This document shows, in pieces, positions 38,907 through 47,638 of a stretch of DNA of 64,000 nucleotides. Position numbers and translations under genes: made by a program. Within the stretch, counting starts at the first letter, position 1. Every line of letters starts with the position of its first letter. The DNA is from an uncultured Bacilli bacterium (GTDB lineage Bacteria > Bacillota_I > Bacilli_A > RF39 > UBA660). The notes under the pieces are model-generated. The model made no database searches, was not told where the DNA came from, and saw only the letters and a list, made by a program, of their open reading frames with translations. Location of the stretch: assembly GCA_947632595.1 (NCBI GenBank), contig CANRPY010000007.1:238-64237 (forward strand), given 5' to 3'.

Positions 38907-40523
38907 ATGGGTATGTTTTCTAAGAAAGAACCTCGTCCTGTAAAAACAGGCGTAAAGCCTCCAAAAGAAAAAAAGTCAAAAAAGAAACCAAAACCAGAAG
39001 ATTTAACCCCAGCATATGATAACCCAGCCTTTCAAGCACCCGCAATCAATAATACGTATACAGAGCAAACAGGTTCCCTTGCAAACCGCGACAATTCTCT
39101 AATTGATGACAATGCCGTACAACAACAGCCTGCAGAGCAACCACTTCCACAAATTGGTCAAAACTATGATCAAGCCCAACAACCACAAGCAGACCCTAAC
39201 TCTGTACAAGCACAAGTAAATTATAATACAGGAACTCTAGCTCCTCCTCCAACAGAAGTAGCTCTTCCAGAAGAAGCATCTGTCCTTGCCGAAAAAAGAG
39301 GAAAAGTAGAACGCCCTGTTATTCGTTATCGTTACACCATTATCAATAGTATGGGTAAAAAAGAACAAGGTACGTTTGAAGCAGAATCAGAAGGAGATGT
39401 TAGAAACTTCCTTCTAGCACAAGACTATCAAGTTCTAGAAGTAAAAGAACGTTCTGCAACCGATATCGATATTGGAGGAAATGGAAAAATCAATGCCAGT
39501 GACTTATCCTTTTCTCTAACCCAATTATCAACATATTTAAAAGCAGGAATTCCTCTATCTGACTCTGTAAGAATTCTTGCAAAACAATCTAAAAAAGAAA
39601 ATTTAAAGAAAAGTTTTAATCAATTAGTCTATCAATTACTAAAAGGAGAAAACTTCTCAGATGCACTAGAAAAACAGGGAGAAGTATATCCGAAATTATT
39701 AATAAACATGGTAAAAACAGCAGAAATGACAGGAGATTTACCATCGATTCTAGATGATATGGCAGAGTATTATACTTCCATGGATCAAACCAAAAAACAA
39801 ATGAAATCTGCAATGACATATCCATTAGTCGTTTTAACCATCGCAGTTGGTGTATTAATCTTCATGTTAACGTACTTAGTACCACAATTTACCGCAATGT
39901 TTGAAGAGCAAGGAGCAGAACTTCCTCTTTTAACAAGAACAATTGTTAGTGTAAGTGCCTTCATCAAAACAAAATGGTATCTCTTAGTAATTGGAGTAGT
40001 TGCTGTAGTAGGAACTTTCTATTTACTATTTACCAAAGTACAAAAGTTCCGTGAAGTAATTCAAATTATTTTAATGCATCTTCCTGTATTTGGAAACATC
40101 ATTATTTATAATGAAATGGCAAACTTCTCAAAGACTTTTGCTTCCCTTTTAAACCACAGCGTATTTATCACAGACTCTATGGAAATCTTATCCAAAATCA
40201 CATCGAACGAAGTCTACAAAAAGATTATTCAAAAGACTCTAGAAAATCTTGCCAAAGGAGATTCGATTTCCAGTGCCTTCCGTGGAGAATGGGCAATTCC
40301 TATCGTTGCTTATGAAATGATTGTAACAGGAGAATCAACGGGTCAATTAGGAGCCATGATGGAAAAAGTAGCAGCGCACTTCCAAATGTTACATAAAAAT
40401 ATCATTGATCAGATGAAGAGTTTAGTAGAACCTATGATGATTTGTTTCTTAGCTGTCATAGTAGGAATTATCCTAGTATCTATTATTCAACCAATGTTTG
40501 GTATCTATAGCCAAATTAAATAA
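38907..40523 (+). CDS. pilC: Type IV pilus / type II secretion platform protein (PilC/GspF/ComGB family) with a low-complexity N-terminal extension
   Basis: Two GspF-type repeats (SDSVRILAKQ..., TDSMEILSKI...), three TM segments, and the typical YRYTIINSMGKKEQGTFEAESEGDV opening. These are preceded by about 130 aa rich in Q, P and A. Confidence 0.85.
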   Translation: MGMFSKKEPRPVKTGVKPPKEKKSKKKPKPEDLTPAYDNPAFQAPAINNTYTEQTGSLANRDNSLIDDNAVQQQPAEQPLPQIGQNYDQAQQPQADPNSVQAQVNYNTGTLAPPPTEVALPEEASVLAEKRGKVERPVIRYRYTIINSMGKKEQGTFEAESEGDVRNFLLAQDYQVLEVKERSATDIDIGGNGKINASDLSFSLTQLSTYLKAGIPLSDSVRILAKQSKKENLKKSFNQLVYQLLKGENFSDALEKQGEVYPKLLINMVKTAEMTGDLPSILDDMAEYYTSMDQTKKQMKSAMTYPLVVLTIAVGVLIFMLTYLVPQFTAMFEEQGAELPLLTRTIVSVSAFIKTKWYLLVIGVVAVVGTFYLLFTKVQKFREVIQIILMHLPVFGNIIIYNEMANFSKTFASLLNHSVFITDSMEILSKITSNEVYKKIIQKTLENLAKGDSISSAFRGEWAIPIVAYEMIVTGESTGQLGAMMEKVAAHFQMLHKNIIDQMKSLVEPMMICFLAVIVGIILVSIIQPMFGIYSQIK

Positions 40524-40542
40524 TAAAGGAGGTAATGATTGG

Positions 40543-41310
40543 ATGAATATTATCTATATGATTATCTTTTTTATTTTAGGAACTTGTATGGGCTCATTCT
40601 ACACCGTAGTTGGAGAAAGTCTTCCAGAGAAAAAACCTTTTCTAACGAGAAGAAGTGAATGCCCCTCTTGTAAACACATACTTCATTTATGGGATATGGT
40701 TCCTATCCTTTCCTATCTCTTTTTAGGAAAAAAATGTCGTTATTGTAAAAAGAAAATAGATGGTCTATCTACCTATATGGAGTTTTTTACAGGAATTTTA
40801 TTCGCATTGTCTTTTTATCGTTTTGGGATGAGTTACAATCTATGGATCTCTTTTGGAATCATTTCCTTATTGATTATCTTATCCGTATCAGATATCAAAT
40901 ACTATATTATTCCAGATGAAGTCTTAATCTTCTTCTCAGGTTACTTTATCATTATAAATGCCTTATCAGAAGGAGTAATGATTGCACTTCTTCATATCGT
41001 ATATGGACTCATTCTATTTGGATTTATGTATGCCATTCTTCTATTAGGAAACTTTATCTTTAAAAAAGAAACCCTAGGAGGAGGAGATATCAAATTAATG
41101 TTTGTCTTTGGGCAAGTCATCAATCCATTCTTAGGAATTATCGTCATCTTTTGTGCAAGTTTCTTAGCTCTTCCGATTTCTTTAATAATTTTATGGAAGA
41201 AAAAACAAAATCTAATTCCATTTGGGCCCTTCTTAATGGTAAGTTTTCTACTAATCTTTTTCCTACAATTAGACATGACTTCTATAATAGAATGGATCAA
41301 ATCAATTTAA
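40543..41310 (+). CDS. pilD: Prepilin peptidase (A24 family)
   Basis: AAAGGAGG RBS before ATG 40543. CPSC...CRYC zinc motif. Catalytic Asp contexts SDIKYYIIPD and GGGDIKLM. Confidence 0.88.
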   Translation: MNIIYMIIFFILGTCMGSFYTVVGESLPEKKPFLTRRSECPSCKHILHLWDMVPILSYLFLGKKCRYCKKKIDGLSTYMEFFTGILFALSFYRFGMSYNLWISFGIISLLIILSVSDIKYYIIPDEVLIFFSGYFIIINALSEGVMIALLHIVYGLILFGFMYAILLLGNFIFKKETLGGGDIKLMFVFGQVINPFLGIIVIFCASFLALPISLIILWKKKQNLIPFGPFLMVSFLLIFFLQLDMTSIIEWIKSI

Positions 41311-41367
41311 GAAAGAACTTCTTTCTTTTTTTTTCGTTTTAAGGTACTATAGAAATAGGTGAGGAGT

Positions 41368-42666
41368 ATGAAAAATAATTACATAGTACCAGCAGATACC
41401 TATACAGTAGTGAATAAAAGTATCATAACAGAAAATGACCGAAAAATTGTTTCTATGTTATACCAACCAATTATGGGATATGCCGCAACTTCTCTATATT
41501 ACACGCTATTAAGTAGTTTAAAAGAAGAAGAATTCATGAGTGAAGACATGACCCATCATCATCTAATGTCACAGATGCAATTACGTCTAGAAGACATCGT
41601 AATCGCAAGAGAAAAACTAGAAGCAATGGGTCTTATGAAAACCTATATGAAAAAAGATAATATCAATCACTATGTATATTGTATGTATTCTCCTCAACAA
41701 GCATCAGACTTCTTTAATCATCCAATTTTAAATATCGTGCTTTATAATAATATTGGTAAAAAAGAATATGAAAAACTTGTAAATTACTTTAAGATTCCTA
41801 ATATCAATCTAAAAGAATATGAAGATATTACTTTATCCTTTGATGAAGTCTTTAAACCAGTAGAAGGTACAGTAGAAGAGATGAAAGAAGACTTAACCAA
41901 GAGAGATTCCAATAACATTGAATTAAATAAAGGAGTAGATTTTAATCTCATCATATCCGGTATTCCACCCAAAGAAATGAATGAAAAATGTCTGAATGAG
42001 GAGATGAGAAAACTAATCAATAGCCTAAGTTATATTTATAATCTAAGTAGCCTAGATATGCAAGGAATTATTAGAAATTCTCTAAACGAAAGGGGATTAA
42101 TTGATAAAACAACGCTAAGAAAAAATTGTAGAGAGTATTACCAATTTGAAAATGCCGGAAACTTACCAACATTAATCTATAATAAGCAACCAGATTTCTT
42201 AAAGAAACCAGTTGGTGATAATTCAAAATGGGCAAAAATGGTTTATGCTTTTGAAAATATCAGTCCGCTGCAACTATTACGAGCAAAATATAAAGGAGCA
42301 GAACCAACGGATAGAGATAAACGATTAGTAGAAAGTCTAATGGTAGATCAAAAATTAAATCCTGGAGTAGTAAATGTTTTAATTAGTTATGTTTTAAAAA
42401 CCAATAATGAGCAGTTAAAGAAAAGTTATGTAGAAACAATTGCTGGTCAATGGAAACGATCTAACGTAGAAACCGTGGAAGAAGCAATGCGTATTTCTGA
42501 GAAGTATCACAAGAAAATGAAAAAGGAATTAGCAGAAAAAAATCCTGTAAAGAAAAAGCCTCGAGAAGAGTCCTTACCAGCATGGTTTGATGGCAAACAA
42601 GAGTTAGAACAAACTACGGATGAAGAAATGAAAGAACTAGATGATATCCTAAATGGACTTGTCTAG
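41368..42666 (+). CDS. Replication initiation and membrane attachment protein (Firmicute DnaB/DnaD-domain family)
   Basis: YTVVNKSIITENDRKIVSMLYQPIMG opening and the C-terminal DnaD-type motif YVETIAGQWKRSNVETVEEAMRI. Confidence 0.75.
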   Translation: MKNNYIVPADTYTVVNKSIITENDRKIVSMLYQPIMGYAATSLYYTLLSSLKEEEFMSEDMTHHHLMSQMQLRLEDIVIAREKLEAMGLMKTYMKKDNINHYVYCMYSPQQASDFFNHPILNIVLYNNIGKKEYEKLVNYFKIPNINLKEYEDITLSFDEVFKPVEGTVEEMKEDLTKRDSNNIELNKGVDFNLIISGIPPKEMNEKCLNEEMRKLINSLSYIYNLSSLDMQGIIRNSLNERGLIDKTTLRKNCREYYQFENAGNLPTLIYNKQPDFLKKPVGDNSKWAKMVYAFENISPLQLLRAKYKGAEPTDRDKRLVESLMVDQKLNPGVVNVLISYVLKTNNEQLKKSYVETIAGQWKRSNVETVEEAMRISEKYHKKMKKELAEKNPVKKKPREESLPAWFDGKQELEQTTDEEMKELDDILNGLV

Positions 42667-42775
42667 TTCTTTACTTTTAAGAAACGTAAAAAAATGTCAA
42701 AAAGAAAGAAGAATCTGCATAAGAATATCATAGGGAGTAAGAAATATGTTATTATGATTAAGGGAGTCAAGAACT

Positions 42776-43273
42776 ATGATAAAGAAAAACAAACAAGAAT
42801 TAAATGACATTTTAGCAGATTATAAAAATCATCCAAAAGTATTAGAAATGAAGCATTATTCCCACCATGGTATTAGAAGATACGATCATTGTTATCGTGT
42901 TGCCTATTATACCTATAAAGTGACGAAATTCCTAAATTTAAATTATCACTCTGCAACAAAGGCAGCGATGTTGCATGATTTTTATACAAATGAATTAGAA
43001 GAAGAATCAAGTAGTGTATCAAGATTTCGTAAACATCCAGAAATTGCTTTAGAAAACGCTAAAAAATATTTTGAGATTAATGAGATGGAAGCAGATATTA
43101 TATCAAGTCATATGTTTCCAGTTACCAATAAGCCACCAAAATATTTAGAGAGTTGGATTGTAGATCTAATAGATGATGGAACCGCAATCTATGAAAAAGC
43201 CTCATCCATGAAAAGAGAAATCCAGTCATTTGCTAGCGTAATGATTTTTATGATTTTTACATTTTTAAGATAG
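42776..43273 (+). CDS. HD-domain phosphohydrolase with a C-terminal membrane helix
   Basis: HSHHGIRRYDHCYRVA...MLHDFY HD signature. Confidence 0.7.
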   Translation: MIKKNKQELNDILADYKNHPKVLEMKHYSHHGIRRYDHCYRVAYYTYKVTKFLNLNYHSATKAAMLHDFYTNELEEESSSVSRFRKHPEIALENAKKYFEINEMEADIISSHMFPVTNKPPKYLESWIVDLIDDGTAIYEKASSMKREIQSFASVMIFMIFTFLR

Positions 43274-43293
43274 AGCAAAAATGCTCTTTTTTA
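43272..43293 (+). terminator. Rho-independent terminator
   Basis: AGAGCA-aaaa-TGCTCT hairpin plus a T-run. Confidence 0.55.
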
Positions 43294-43306
43294 TTACTTT
43301 ATTTTA

Positions 43307-43315
43307 TGATATAAT
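43307..43315 (+). promoter_or_regulatory. Extended -10 element TGaTATAAT
   Basis: Exact TGnTATAAT 24 nt upstream of ATG 43339. Confidence 0.5.
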
Positions 43316-43338
43316 GTTGCAAAGAAAGAAGAGATTAC

Positions 43339-44955
43339 ATGGAAAAAACATATATATTTGGGCATCGTAAACCAGATACCGACTCTGTGATGTCTGCAAT
43401 TGCTCTCTCTTATCTTAAGAATAAATTAGGGGAAAATACAGAACCACGAATCTTAGGAAGCATGAACAAAGAAACAACATATGCCCTAAATTATTTTAAG
43501 GTAAAAGAACCAGTTTATTTAAATGATGTGAAACTTCAATTAAAAGATATCCATTATCATAAAGGTTTTATGATACAAGATACTAAGAGTATTTATGATG
43601 GATATCAAGAAATGTTAAAAGAAGAATTAACAGGAATTCCTGTATGTAAAAAGAATGGAGATTTTCTAGGACTAGTTACCCTAAAAGATTTATCCCATAA
43701 TATCGTAAATGAAAATGTAGAAGATTTATACACTTCTTATGAAAACTTAATTCATGTTTTAAAAGGAGAAGAAATCGTTCATGCATCTGATGATATTATA
43801 GGAAAATTAATAGTAGCAGCCTATCGTTCAACAACATTTTTAAGTAATGTAAAATTAAATAGTAGTCATATTCTAATAGTAGGAGATCGTCATAGTGTAA
43901 TTGAATATGCCGTAAACTCTGGAGTAAAATGTATCATTTTATCAGGAGACTCTTACATTAAAGAAGAACATATCAAAGTAGCTCAAGAAAATGGAGTAAA
44001 CGTAATAAGAACTCCATATGATACTTATCGAGTATCCAAATTAGTTGCTTTAGCAAACTATATCAAAACAATGTTAAAACTAAATAATCCAATCAAATTC
44101 CAAGAACTAGATTATGTAAGTGACATCGTAGATATCAACAATATTCAAAAGCACACCAATTACCCAGTAGTAGATCATAAAAATAAATGCTTAGGTCTTC
44201 TAAAAATAACAGATTTATCCGATAAAAATCCAAAAAAAGTAATCTTAGTAGATCATAATGAAAAACTACAAAGTGTAGAAGGTCTAGAAGAAGCAGAAAT
44301 CTTAGAAATCTTTGACCACCACGCATTAGGTAGTATCACAACAAGCAATCCGATTAACTATCGAAATATGGTGGTGGGTTCTACTTGTACCATTATTTAT
44401 ACATTGTATAAAGATACAAATACGAAGATACCAAGAGAAATGGCAGGACTCATGTTATCCGGAATCTTATCCGATACTTTAATTTTAAAAAGTCCAACCG
44501 CAACTAAGAAAGATCAAGAAGCCGTACAAGACTTACAAACAATTGCTGGTGTAGATTATGAAATGTATGGAATGGAACTATTAAAATCAGGAACTTCTTT
44601 AGAAGGATTAAGCAAAGAAGATGTTTTATATAATGATTATAAATTGTTTACAGTAAACGAAAAAACATTCTCAGTAGGTCAATTCTTCACTATGAATTTT
44701 GAAGAAATCGAAAAAGAATTAGACGAATATGTCGATACCCTAGATAGAGTAGCAGAAAGAAATAATCATTGTTTAGTAGCCTTATACGTAACTGATATTA
44801 TAAAAAATGGTAGTTATGTTCTATTCAATCGCAAAGCCCAAAATATTATGAATTTAGCATATCAAGAAGAAGTAAAAGAAGGATACTTTGTAGAAGGCTG
44901 TGTCTCTAGAAAGAAACACGTAGTTCCAATCTTGATGCAAATAATAGAAAGTTAG
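43339..44955 (+). CDS. ppaC: Family II (DHH) inorganic pyrophosphatase with a CBS-domain insertion
   Basis: IFGHRKPDTDSVMSAIAL, LVDHNE and FDHH motifs, a CBS-like insert, and LSGILSDTLILKSPT. Confidence 0.85.
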   Translation: MEKTYIFGHRKPDTDSVMSAIALSYLKNKLGENTEPRILGSMNKETTYALNYFKVKEPVYLNDVKLQLKDIHYHKGFMIQDTKSIYDGYQEMLKEELTGIPVCKKNGDFLGLVTLKDLSHNIVNENVEDLYTSYENLIHVLKGEEIVHASDDIIGKLIVAAYRSTTFLSNVKLNSSHILIVGDRHSVIEYAVNSGVKCIILSGDSYIKEEHIKVAQENGVNVIRTPYDTYRVSKLVALANYIKTMLKLNNPIKFQELDYVSDIVDINNIQKHTNYPVVDHKNKCLGLLKITDLSDKNPKKVILVDHNEKLQSVEGLEEAEILEIFDHHALGSITTSNPINYRNMVVGSTCTIIYTLYKDTNTKIPREMAGLMLSGILSDTLILKSPTATKKDQEAVQDLQTIAGVDYEMYGMELLKSGTSLEGLSKEDVLYNDYKLFTVNEKTFSVGQFFTMNFEEIEKELDEYVDTLDRVAERNNHCLVALYVTDIIKNGSYVLFNRKAQNIMNLAYQEEVKEGYFVEGCVSRKKHVVPILMQIIES

Positions 44956-44963
44956 GAGAAAAC

Positions 44964-45479
44964 ATGGTAGAAAGTATAGTACAATCAATATTAAGTTTAT
45001 TAAGTGGACTAGGTAACATTCCTTTTGGAAGAGAAATCTCAGTATTTCTAATTTCCCTAATGCCCATTTTGGAATTAAGAGGAGGATTAATTGCCGCAGC
45101 ACTATTAGATGTCAATCCTGTCGCAAGCTACATTATCTCCATCATAGGAAATATCATTCCAGTCCCTTTTATTCTATGGTTTATTAATAGAATACTAGAC
45201 TGGATGAGAAAAGGAAAACGACTATCAAAAATTGCCAAATGGTTAGATAAAAAAGTAGAAAAACACAAAGGACAAATCGAAAAATTTGGTTTTTGGGGAC
45301 TAGTATTCTTTGTAGGAATCCCTCTTCCAGGAACTGGAGCATGGACAGGATGTTTAATCGCATCTGTCTTAGAAATGGATAGAAAAAAAGCTTTTTTAGC
45401 AGCGATGATAGGAATCTTTATGGCAAGTATTATTATGATGCTTCTATCCTTTGGATTATTAAAAAATATCATAGGTTAA
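44964..45479 (+). CDS. Small multidrug export-like membrane protein (COG2426)
   Basis: LISLMPILELRGGLIAA and IPLPGTGAWTG motifs; 4-5 TM segments. Confidence 0.6.
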   Translation: MVESIVQSILSLLSGLGNIPFGREISVFLISLMPILELRGGLIAAALLDVNPVASYIISIIGNIIPVPFILWFINRILDWMRKGKRLSKIAKWLDKKVEKHKGQIEKFGFWGLVFFVGIPLPGTGAWTGCLIASVLEMDRKKAFLAAMIGIFMASIIMMLLSFGLLKNIIG

Positions 45480-45522
45480 ATAGGAAGAAATTCCTATTTT
45501 TCTTTTTCTAAAAAAGAAAACA

Positions 45523-45531
45523 TGGTATAAT
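45523..45531 (+). promoter_or_regulatory. Extended -10 element TGgTATAAT
   Basis: Exact TGnTATAAT 31 nt upstream of ATG 45562. Confidence 0.5.
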
Positions 45532-45561
45532 GAACATAGAATAAGAATAAGAGGTAAGAAT

Positions 45562-46134
45562 ATGAAAAATACGAAAGGATTTACTCTAGTAGAATTACTC
45601 GCAGTCATTGTTATACTAGGAGTCATTACAGGTATGTCTTGGCCAGTAATTCGTAGACTACAAGAACAAAATACATTAAATAAATTTGAGTATTACGGAA
45701 AATCATTAATAGATGCCGCCAAAGTCTACGTAGATAGTTATGAAGAAGATACGTTTTATGATGAAGAAGTATTCAACAATTTAACATTAACAGTAGTACC
45801 ACCTGGTGTAGATAAAGCAAATGGACAATGTGCCACAATCCCGTTATCAGACTTAAAAGCAAAAGCTTTGGCAAAAGATTACCAAGCAGATAATATGTCT
45901 TGTGTGAATGAAGGAACTTTTGTTCTTGTCATCAAAAAGAAAGAAAAGTATACCTATAAATATTTTCTTGCATGTGGTAAAAAAGAAAAAGATGAATTTG
46001 GTAAAACAGTAACAAACAGTCCAAGTCTCATTCTTCCAAGAGATGGAACTCATCGTGCGAGTGATTATTGCAAAATAGCAAAAACGGAAATTGATGATAA
46101 AGAATTTAGTGTACATATTGCTGCTACTACATAA
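45562..46134 (+). CDS. Type IV pilin / pseudopilin (prepilin N-terminal cleavage-methylation domain)
   Basis: MKNTKG/FTLVELLAVIVILGVITGM shows Gly-1, Phe+1 and Glu+5. Four Cys in the globular part. Confidence 0.85.
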   Translation: MKNTKGFTLVELLAVIVILGVITGMSWPVIRRLQEQNTLNKFEYYGKSLIDAAKVYVDSYEEDTFYDEEVFNNLTLTVVPPGVDKANGQCATIPLSDLKAKALAKDYQADNMSCVNEGTFVLVIKKKEKYTYKYFLACGKKEKDEFGKTVTNSPSLILPRDGTHRASDYCKIAKTEIDDKEFSVHIAATT

Positions 46135-46151
46135 AACAAAGGAGAATCGAA

Positions 46152-47534
46152 ATGAAATATAAAAAAGAAATTAATGAAAATATATTTAGAGGATATGATA
46201 TTAGAGGAGTCTATCCTACGGAATTAGATGAAGATACTGCTTATTCTATTGGATTGGGATTTGGTAGTCATATTAAACGAATGGGAAAAAATAAATGTGT
46301 AGTAGGGCATGATAATCGTCTAAGTCGCGAGATCTTAACCAATGCTCTTATCAAAGGAATTACCGAAACTGGAATTGATGTTGTCTACCTAGGACTTTGT
46401 ACAACACCAATGTATTACTATGCCTGCATTAAAATGAATATCCCAAGTGGCGTTATGGTAACAGCTTCTCATAATCCAAAAGATGAAAATGGATTTAAAT
46501 TTGCCTTTGATGAAAGTGGTAACTGTAAGGGCCAAGAGATTCAAGACTTTTTAGCTTTCATTAAAAAAGGAGAATTCGAACAAGGAGAAGGATTAGTAGA
46601 AAAAAGAGATATCACAGAAGATTATCTTGCATTATATAAAGAAAGCCTTCACTTTGGACCAAGAAGAGTAAAAGTAGTAGTAGATCCTGCAAATGGTACA
46701 ACAGGAATGATTGCAAGAAAAATACTAGAAATGTTTCCTCTAGACCTAACGTTTATCAATGAAGAAAGTGATGGAAACTTTCCCAATCATCATCCAGACC
46801 CATGTGTTGAGAAAAATCTAGACCAATTAAAGCAAAAAGTAAAAGAAGTGGGAGCAGATTTAGGAATCGGTTATGATGGAGATGGAGATAGACTAGGAGT
46901 TGTTAGCGGACAAGGAACCTTTATCCCAACCGATAAATACATGATCGCAATCGTAAGAGATATTATAGATAAAGTAGAAAAAAAAGAATTTTTATGCGAT
47001 GTAAAATGTTCGAAATGTTTCTCAGATGAAGTAGAACGACTTGGAGGAAAAACCATCACTTATCGAACAGGAAACTCCTATACCAAAGCAAAAGTAAGAG
47101 AGGATGATCTTCCATTTGGAGGAGAACTATCTGGACATGTTTACTTTAGAGATCGTTGGCCAGGATTTGATAGTGGAATCTATGCTGGTTTGCGACTATT
47201 AGAAATTCTATCAAGAAGTGATAAATCGGTAGAAGGCCTACTGGAAGGAATTCACGAATATTATGCAACAGAAGAATTAAAGTTTACCTCATCAGATGAT
47301 AGAAAGTTTGAAATCATTGATGAGATTGCAGAATATGTACGAGAAAAAGGCTATTCTTACTTAGATATCGATGGTGTAAAAGTACTATATGAAGATGGAT
47401 GGGCACTAGTAAGAGCAAGCAATACGGGACCAAACATTACCGCAAGGTTTGAAGCGAGTACACCATCACGTCTAGAAGAGCTACAAAAGGAGTATACAAG
47501 CCTAATCGAAAGACTAAATACAGAAGAGCAATAG
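46152..47534 (+). CDS. Phosphomannomutase/phosphoglucomutase family enzyme
   Basis: FRGYDIRG, active-site TASHNPKDENGFK, metal loop YDGDGDR, and GELSGH. Confidence 0.85.
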   Translation: MKYKKEINENIFRGYDIRGVYPTELDEDTAYSIGLGFGSHIKRMGKNKCVVGHDNRLSREILTNALIKGITETGIDVVYLGLCTTPMYYYACIKMNIPSGVMVTASHNPKDENGFKFAFDESGNCKGQEIQDFLAFIKKGEFEQGEGLVEKRDITEDYLALYKESLHFGPRRVKVVVDPANGTTGMIARKILEMFPLDLTFINEESDGNFPNHHPDPCVEKNLDQLKQKVKEVGADLGIGYDGDGDRLGVVSGQGTFIPTDKYMIAIVRDIIDKVEKKEFLCDVKCSKCFSDEVERLGGKTITYRTGNSYTKAKVREDDLPFGGELSGHVYFRDRWPGFDSGIYAGLRLLEILSRSDKSVEGLLEGIHEYYATEELKFTSSDDRKFEIIDEIAEYVREKGYSYLDIDGVKVLYEDGWALVRASNTGPNITARFEASTPSRLEELQKEYTSLIERLNTEEQ

Positions 47535-47547
47535 CTCTTCTTTTTTA
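47522..47547 (+). terminator. Rho-independent terminator
   Basis: AGAAGAGC-aata-GCTCTTCT hairpin plus a T-run. Confidence 0.65.
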
Positions 47548-47638
47548 CGAAAATTTTACAGTAAAAAAATGTCTAAAAGAGAAGCAAAATTACAAAAATA
47601 TGATATGATGAAAAAGACTAGACTAGGGAGGTAGTAAG

